DNA from: Takakia lepidozioides | Lineage: Eukaryota > Plantae > Bryophyta | Direction: 5' to 3' | Assembly (NCBI GenBank): GCA_030704615.1 | Contig: JAKLZA010000121.1 | Location: forward strand, 1-28,608 | DNA: 28,608 bases | Shown here: positions 22,005 to 28,608 of the stretch, one piece after another | Layout: each line of letters opens with the position of its first letter | Position numbering within the stretch: position 1 is the stretch's first letter | Notes under the pieces: generated by a model | Told to the model about the DNA's origin: nothing | Seen by the model: the letters and a program-made list of their open reading frames with translations, nothing else | Databases searched by the model: none | Program-made: the position numbers and the translations under genes

Positions 22005-23727
22005 ACTAGCTGCCGTAGCCTTGGAACACTAGGTAGTGGTGCTGCCTGTGTAGCTCTCCCCAATGGCATAGTAACCTCCGCCTCGGTAATAGTCGGGCGA
22101 GAACTAGGTGCCATGGGTGGCGTCGACACTGTCTCCGCCAATGTGAATGACTGAGGAAGCCTAGCCTGACGGCTTGCCTCCCCACGCTGTGGATCCAACT
22201 CCACCTCTGCACCTCGTGGCTCAGGAACTCGTGCTGCTCCTCGAGTCACGGCTGCAGCAGACTCCACCTGCACTAGTGGTAGTGCTGCTCCACACATGAA
22301 TCCCATGCCTCCCATATCTCCTCCCTCAGGAGCAGGAGGTGGACCATCCGGCCTTAGAGCCGGTACCACCTGAGCTGTAGCCATGGCAGCGAGCCTCTGC
22401 TCTAGCTGCTGAAGCCGGTTGGCCATGCCTTGGTCAACACCCTGACCTCCGCGTCCTTGGCCACGTTGAGCTTGCCCTTGGCTTGCACCTCGTGGCTGGC
22501 CACCTCGTCCTCTCTGGGCTGCTCCACCTCGCCCCCAGCCACCATTGTTCCCTTGGAACTGGCCTGGGCGCAACTCAGGATGCAAACTATAACACTGGGC
22601 CTCTCCATGCCCGTGCTTGCCACAATGCCCACACTGCAACTGTGCAGGCTGTGCATGTGCCGACCCTTTGCCTCCCTCTGGGCAATCCTTCTTGACATGG
22701 GGTCCTCCACATGTCCAGCACACCACATCCGCCCGTTGTTGGCCAGCAAATGAAGGAGAGACCCCTGCATTTGAGGTCCTCTCTGCCCTTCCCTGAGCTT
22801 CACCTGAGCCCCCTTGTTGCCTTGAGCACGTTGAGGTAGTGGTTGGCTAGGAGCACCACTACCCCGTGGTGTCTCCTTAGCAAATCCCACCATGACCACT
22901 CGTTCCTCCACCATGTTGAGCTCTATCCGCTCTGCCAGCAAAAACACATTTGCTAAGGTGGGTTGGGCCGCTTGTAGGAGAGTTGCATCCCGCACCCTTC
23001 TCCTCAGCTCCTTGTCCAATATCCCATACCAGAATTGGACTGCCTGAGCTTCCGTAACCCCTTGGGTTACATTTATCAAGCGCCTCATGCGAGTGAAAGC
23101 CTCCCTCAAGCTCTCGGTCGGCTTCCGTTGGAACTCTTGCAAGCTCCGCAACTTCTCTGTCCTCACCCCTTGGTAGTTCCCTCTCAACTCTTCGAAGAAC
23201 TCCACAACAGGGTTGAAGGCAGGCACGGGTGCTAGTGCTGGTGCGGTAGTGGCTTGGGTGGACGTCGTAGCTACTGTACCACCAGTCCCACTGCTGCTTG
23301 CTGAAGCTGCCGGTGCAGCGGCAGGTGTAGCCACTGCCCTCGTGGCTCTAGTGCCCCTAGTGATGGAGACATAGTCGGGTGACCAGTACATCCTCCACTC
23401 CTCGATCTCAACCTCATGCCCCCGCCTGAACTCATGGTAATCATCCATAGGCGGCCCCTCAAGGTGCTGAAACAGCCCTTTCCATGCCATGAACGGCGTA
23501 AATAGTTGTGGATTGCGCATTTGCTGCAAATCACACCAACTATCAAACTCTTGGATAAAATCATCCAACTCAATGGTGCCCACCGCCCCAGAGTACCTTC
23601 GTGGCCCCTTGGTAGCTCCATACATCTCCTCCATTGTGTCCCACAATAATGGCAAAGAAACAACTTGCACCGCCTGTATGAGCCCTCCTGATTCACAATC
23701 CGAATCAGAACCTTCCGTGGAAGACAC
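21995..23727 (-). CDS. gag: Gag (capsid-like region + two CCHC zinc knuckles + RGG-rich stretch), frameshifted at ~22800 and ~22035
   Basis: FQRKPTESLREAFTRM (retrotrans_gag Q..ES..Y..RF-like); CWTCGGPHVKKDC and CGHCGKHGHGEAQC; GRGG repeats. Confidence 0.85.
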
Positions 23728-24054
23728 AGGAGGTGAAGGTGGGCTCTAAACCGCACACCTCGTCTCGTGTACCCACTGTCCCTAACCCCCTCTCCACAAG
23801 GTAACCGGGTAGAGAACCTGTTGCGGCTTATGGTTTGGAATACTAAGTTCCTAACATAGCCTACACCTGAACTTGCATGACCATGGGAATATCATGAAGA
23901 TATCCTCACCGCCCTCCACGAGCTTCAAATTCGGCCTTCCAGACCACATGCCAGTCCTTAGTCCACCAGTGCCTCCACAAGTCAGCACAGGCCATCCCAG
24001 GTCAACACGGGCCACCACAGACCAGCACAGGCCCACACACATCAGCTCACTGGT

Positions 24055-25790
24055 CACACAGCCGTCACAGTCCCCAGGCCACTGGGCACAGCACAGCCTG
24101 TCACAGCCCCTCACGCTCGTCACAGCCCTCAAGCTCAGGCACAGCCTGTCACAGCCCCAAGGCCTCAGGCGCGGCCTATCCCACACAGCCCCTCACAGCG
24201 TCACAGCCCCAAATCATGGGCACAGCGTGTCACGGCCCGTCACAGCCCGTCACAGCCTCAAAGGCCTCAGGCACAAGCCTTGCACAGCCCATCACATCCC
24301 CAAAGCCTCAGGCACGGCCTGTCACAGCCCTCACAGCCCGTCACAGCCCCAAAGGCCTCAGCGGCCTGTCACAGCCCCTCACAGCCCGTCACAGCCCCAA
24401 AGCCATGGGCACGGCCTGTCACAGCCCTCACACCCAGGCCATGGGCACGCCTGTCACACACACAGCCCCTCCAGCCCGTCACAGCCCCAAAGGCCAGGCA
24501 CGGCCTGTCACAGCCCCCACAGCCCGTCACAGCCCAAAGGCCATGGGCACGGCCTGTCACAGCCCTCCAGCCCGTCACAGCTCAAAGGCCTCAGGCACGG
24601 CCTGTCACAGCCCATCACAGCCCCAAAGCCTCAGGCACGGCCTGTCACAGCCCCTCACAGCCCGTCACAGCCCCAAAGGCCTCAGGCACGGCCTTCACAG
24701 CCCCTCACAGTCACAGCCCCTCACAGCCCTTCACAGCCCCAAAGGCCTCAGGCACGGCCTGTCACAGCCCCTCACAGCCCGTCACAGCCCCAAAGGCCTC
24801 AGGCACGGCCTGTCACACCCTCACAGCCCCTCACAGCCCGTCACAGCCCCAAAGGCCATGGGCAGGCACGGCCCCTGTCACAGCCCGTCACAGCCCAAGG
24901 CCCATGGCACGGCCTGTCACACCAGCCCCTCACAGCCCGTCACAGCCCCAAGGCCTCAGGCACGGCCTGTCACAGCCCCTCACAGCCCGTCACACAGCCC
25001 AAAGGCCATGGGCACGGCCTGTCACAGCCCCCTCACAGCCCGTCACAGCCTCAAGGCCTCAGCACGGCCTGTCACAGCCCCTCACAGCCCCAAAGGCCTC
25101 AGGCACGGCCTGTCACAGCCCCTCACATCACAGCCCGTCACAGCCCAAAGCCTCAGCGCGGCCCCCCCTGTCACAGCCCTTCACAGCCCCCAAGGCCATG
25201 GGCACGGCCTGTCACAGCCCCCCTCACAGCCCGTCACAGCCCCAAGGCCTCAAGGCCTCAGGCGGCCTGTCACAGCCCCTCACAGCCCGTCACAGCCCCA
25301 AAGGCCATGGGCACAGCCTGTCACAGCCCCCTCACAGCCCGTCACAACGCCTCAAAGGCCTCAGGCACGGCCTGTCACAGCCTGCACACAGCCCGTCACA
25401 GCCCCACAGGCACAGGGCCAGCCTGTCACAGCCCTCACAGCCCTCACAGCCTCAAAGCCTCAGGCACGGCCTGTCACAGCCCCTCACAGCCCACATCACA
25501 GCCCCAAGGCCAGGGCACAGCCTGTCACAGCCCGTCACAGCCCCACAGGCCTCAGGGCACAGCCTGTCACAGCCACACAGCCCGCACAGCCCGTCACAGC
25601 CCAAAAAGGCCACGGGCACACAGCCTGACCAGCCCTTCACAACAGCCCCACAGGGCACAGGGCACAGCCTGTCACAGCCCATCACAGCTTGCCACACACA
25701 GCCCCACAGCCCGTCACAGCCCGTCACACCAACACCACAGCTCTCCACAGCACAGCCTGACACAGCCCGTCACAGCCCGTCACAGCTGGC
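24055..25790. repeat. ~1.7-kb hierarchical minisatellite in the retroelement 5' leader
   Basis: 10-11-bp (G)TCACAGCCC subunits grouped into ~50-bp units (cacggcctgtcacagcccctcacagcccgtcacagccccaaaggcctcagg, with a ...ccatgggc variant). Confidence 0.95.
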
Positions 25791-26299
25791 CACAGCTGCC
25801 ACTGCCCCACACTGGCTTAGCCATTTCTCCAAGGGGTTTAGCCACGCCAAGCTAGGGTTTGTGTCTCTTGGACTCTAGGCTTCTTTCCACCGAGCTATGG
25901 TGGCTGTGAGGAAATCAGCAAGGTATCCTTGCTCTTTCGGCTCCCACACACACCACCATAGTAGCCCTAAGCCATGAGGTGGTTGCCACAAACCAAGCCT
26001 TCTTTCTCACTTAGCCTCCCAAACACGCCACTAAACTCAATGGCAAACAACCAAGCCCTGCTGGTTCCCAGCCCTTGTGAGCACTCATTCAAGCACTCTC
26101 CTCTCATTGGCCATAGCATCTGTCTTAGAGCCTATTCCAGCCCCCTACCCTGCTGCTTCAAGAGTTGCGCTCCTTCAAGCTTGAAGTTGAAACCCCAACT
26201 CACATAGGCCCTACAAGTGCTTTTCTTTCACTCCAAGTGGAAACCAGCCCTAGACCTTCCGTTCTTCTGCTCTCTAAAGCTTGAAAACAAGAGCCTCAA

Positions 26300-26620
26300 T
26301 GGGCTGAAGGCATGCTCCACACATGCCCCACTCTCACCATAAAAGAATCAGCTCCTTTGCTTCATTTCTTGCACCCACAACCTGAAATACAAGCTTCAGC
26401 AGGCTGAAAGCATGCTCCACATGCCCTACAGGGAAACCAGCCCCTTCCTTCCTTTCTTGCACTCCCACACCTAAAGTGCAAGCCTTCACCAGGCTGATAG
26501 CATGCTCCACACATGCATTGCCCTCACATAAGGGAAGTCAGCCCTTCCCTCTTCCTTGCTTGCCCTCCAAGCTTGAAGATGGAAGCTTCAATGAGCTGAA
26601 TACATGCTCCACACATGCAA
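26300..26620. repeat. Four degenerate ~90-100-bp repeats with core GCTGA-x-CATGCTCCAC(AC)ATGC
   Basis: Cores near 26302, 26401, 26491 and 26593. Confidence 0.65.
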
Positions 26621-27317
26621 CCTCTTCACACAAGAGATATCAGCCCCCTATCTTGGCTCCTTGGCTCCTTGATGCTCTCTAAGACAAGACTAAGCACTCC
26701 ATAGCCTTTGCCAAGCTCCTGAAACCCTAAGGCTTACATTTCCAGCCACAAGACACTTCTCTTGTGGTGCAAGAGCTCTTCTTTCAAGCTCTGTAACCCT
26801 AGGTGCACATTCCATGGCCTTGCCGCACCTCTTAGCTCCTGTTCCAGCCCTGCTCTCGCCATGACAAGAGCCCTCTCAATGCTGAAGCTCGAGATTGAAA
26901 CCCAATCTCACCATACTCCACAAAGTGCACTGATTTGCCCCAAGCCAAATCAGCCCTTTCGCTTGGTCTTGCAATCCTTCACACAATGACAGCTCGCATT
27001 CCCAAGTCCAGTTCTCAGCTTTGCCACCAAAGCCACTATAACCTGCTCTTGACTGGTCCTCTTCCCAATCGTGCTTGCTCATGCATGTACACAATCTGAA
27101 ACCATCAAGGTGCTCTGGAATTACCTACAGTATGGTGCTTTCATCTCTGAAGCTGAAGATCGAATGCCAAGGTTTACCACCTCGTAACCCACATCGCCTC
27201 CGCTTCTAACAACCAAGAGCTCCACGGTGCTCCTTGCATAACAACTTGGTTTCTCTCATTCTCAAGCAAAAACCACAAGTGCTACAACTAACTCGTATCT
27301 AGCACTCATAGATACGA

Positions 27318-27334
27318 GCTCATCTTTCTCGAGT
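27318..27334 (-). promoter_or_regulatory. PBS-position sequence complementary to the element's own LTR (self-priming-type PBS)
   Basis: 27318-27334 GCTCATCTTTCTCGAGT is the exact reverse complement of 27495-27511 ACTCGAGAAAGATGAGC; there is no TGG-initiated tRNA PBS. Confidence 0.7.
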
Positions 27335-27657
27335 GATAAAGAGAAGAATACAAGCACAAGCTCATGCGCTCACAAAGCTGAAGCATAAACTCATGCATAT
27401 ATAACCTCATCACTCAAATACAAGTCAAGCCAAGTGCACCCCACGCCATGGGGAATCCACACTACGGCGCCATAGCTAGGCGCGGTGAGGCTCAACTCGA
27501 GAAAGATGAGCCTCCCGCGCTTGCCGTGAAGATAACCACTCCAGGGCCTAAATCTGCCTTGACCCCTGGATTGACACTTGGGCCAATCCCAAATGTCAAT
27601 ATGTAAAAGCTAGCTATTTCCTAGCTAGTTTCACACTAGTGGTAAAATAACTTGACA
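27334..27657 (-). repeat. Terminal repeat segment B (5' copy, 324 bp)
   Basis: About 99% identical to 15774-16100; no segment A beyond 27657. Confidence 0.95.
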
Positions 27658-27949
27658 ATTTCTTGAAGTTAGCAAATGCTGGAAAATGCTTATCTTGCTG
27701 GAGGATCTCACCAGCAGATTGACTCTTAGAACACGCTACAACTCGCTTTTCAAGCATGGGAACCTCTCCCCGATCTCAACATAGCATGGGAAGAGAGCTA
27801 ATGGGAACACAGGATAATGTGAAAAACCTGATAGGGGTTTAAATCAGGATAAGCGATCCCCATCTTCCCAACGTATGAAATGACATGGGATAAGAGCACA
27901 TCATGAGGATTTAAACCGGCTCATGTACAATGTAAGTTGGTCATGTCCC

Positions 27950-28075
27950 TGGATGGATGAAAGTTACAGATGGATGAAAATTATGAGGAAGAATGAAAAT
28001 GGATGAAATCAGCGGATGAAACCATGGATGGATGAATTATGGCTGGATTTTCTGGACGGATGACAATGGATGGAG
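27950..28075 (+). repeat. GGATGAA/ATGGAT motif block
   Basis: About ten ggatg(a/g)a units; probably subterminal repeats of a DNA element. Confidence 0.6.
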
Positions 28076-28608
28076 GAAAACACGTGGTTGGATCTGGTCC
28101 GTTCAGGTGGAGGGCGTATATCTGAAGGATTTTAATATATATATTAATGAACACTCTAGGGAAAATTAATTAAAAACTTTAACTAGGTGTCGGTGCTTAA
28201 ATGCACCAATGATGATTTATTATTTTTCTAAGGATGAATGAAAGTCGTCAAAACAAGTGACGGATGTAGGGCAACGACTGGTATAAATCAGCCCGGCGAA
28301 GGGAGAACAGCGACAATCAAGTTCTTATTTCTCTCGCTCCCTCTCTTCCTCTTCGCTCTCTCCCTCTTCGTTTTAATGTAGGCTAGATGTTGTAGTGAAG
28401 AGAACGGTGTATATGAACTGGTTTTTGATTAAATATACAGCCGCAAGCCGTTGGGATCAAGGTGTCGTGTTAGTGGACGGAGTTTAGCTATTTCATGAGC
28501 ATGAGCGGCATGAGCGGAATAGTAACACAATCGGTTTTTCATGAGCAGAAGTACAAATTTCGAAATAAAAAAACAATTAAAAACATTAATTTAATGCAAT
28601 GTGTCAGG

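Larger units (their letters stand above)
15585..27657 (-). mobile_element. Ty3/Gypsy LTR retrotransposon carrying a C5 DNA methyltransferase and an integrase-fused PHD finger; split terminal repeats
   Basis: Outer ends TGTC(15585)...GACA(27657). Domain order gag-PR-(DNMT)-RT-RH-IN is Ty3/Gypsy. Terminal repeat B is present at both ends, with a PPT at 16281-16290. Flanks ATGT / ATTT are at best a 4-bp TSD with one mismatch. Confidence 0.93.

Noticed and set aside
23873-25878. Three long plus-strand ORFs (660, 470 and 532 aa)
   Set aside because: All three frames are open because the C/A-rich minisatellite lacks stop codons; unit lengths are not triplet-constrained and no domain is evident.
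27310-27333. tRNA primer-binding site
   Set aside because: It does not start with TGG or resemble tRNA-iMet; it matches the element's own LTR instead.
15585-27657. Classification as a DIRS/Ngaro/PAT element because of the split repeats
   Set aside because: No tyrosine recombinase was seen; the element has an aspartic protease, Gypsy-type RT/RH and an HHCC-DDE integrase.

Overview
Eukaryotic (spliceosomal GT-AG introns; probably plant, bryophyte-like by inference), transposon-dense window with three elements, each carrying a chromatin- or DNA-modifying cargo. (1) ~331-9974: a Mutator-type (MULE) DDE transposase (minus strand; GCM/WRKY-like N-terminal Zn domain, C-terminal SWIM). It lies head-to-head with a 9-exon gene encoding a ParB/Srx-like domain (DGNHR) fused to a beta-class N4/N6 DNA-methyltransferase-like domain. 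The two long introns of that gene hold 11 copies of a 22-26-bp palindrome (GTGAATGTCGT-TG-ACGACATTCAC). (2) ~10.9-15.5 kb: a Ulp1/C48 SUMO-protease gene convergent with the 3' half of a second MULE transposase. (3) 15585-27657: a young Ty3/Gypsy retrotransposon on the minus strand with domain order Gag - aspartic protease - DNMT3-like C5 cytosine methyltransferase - RT - RNase H - integrase - PHD finger. It has split terminal repeats (B-internal-A-B-A) that end at an internal GACA-GC-TGTC palindrome, a PBS-position sequence complementary to its own LTR (self-priming-like), a TAG-CAA-CCA readthrough-like signal before RT, and a 1.7-kb minisatellite in the 5' leader. Many ORFs are broken by 1-nt indels (decay or assembly error). 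All calls come from motif reading by eye; no database searches were run.
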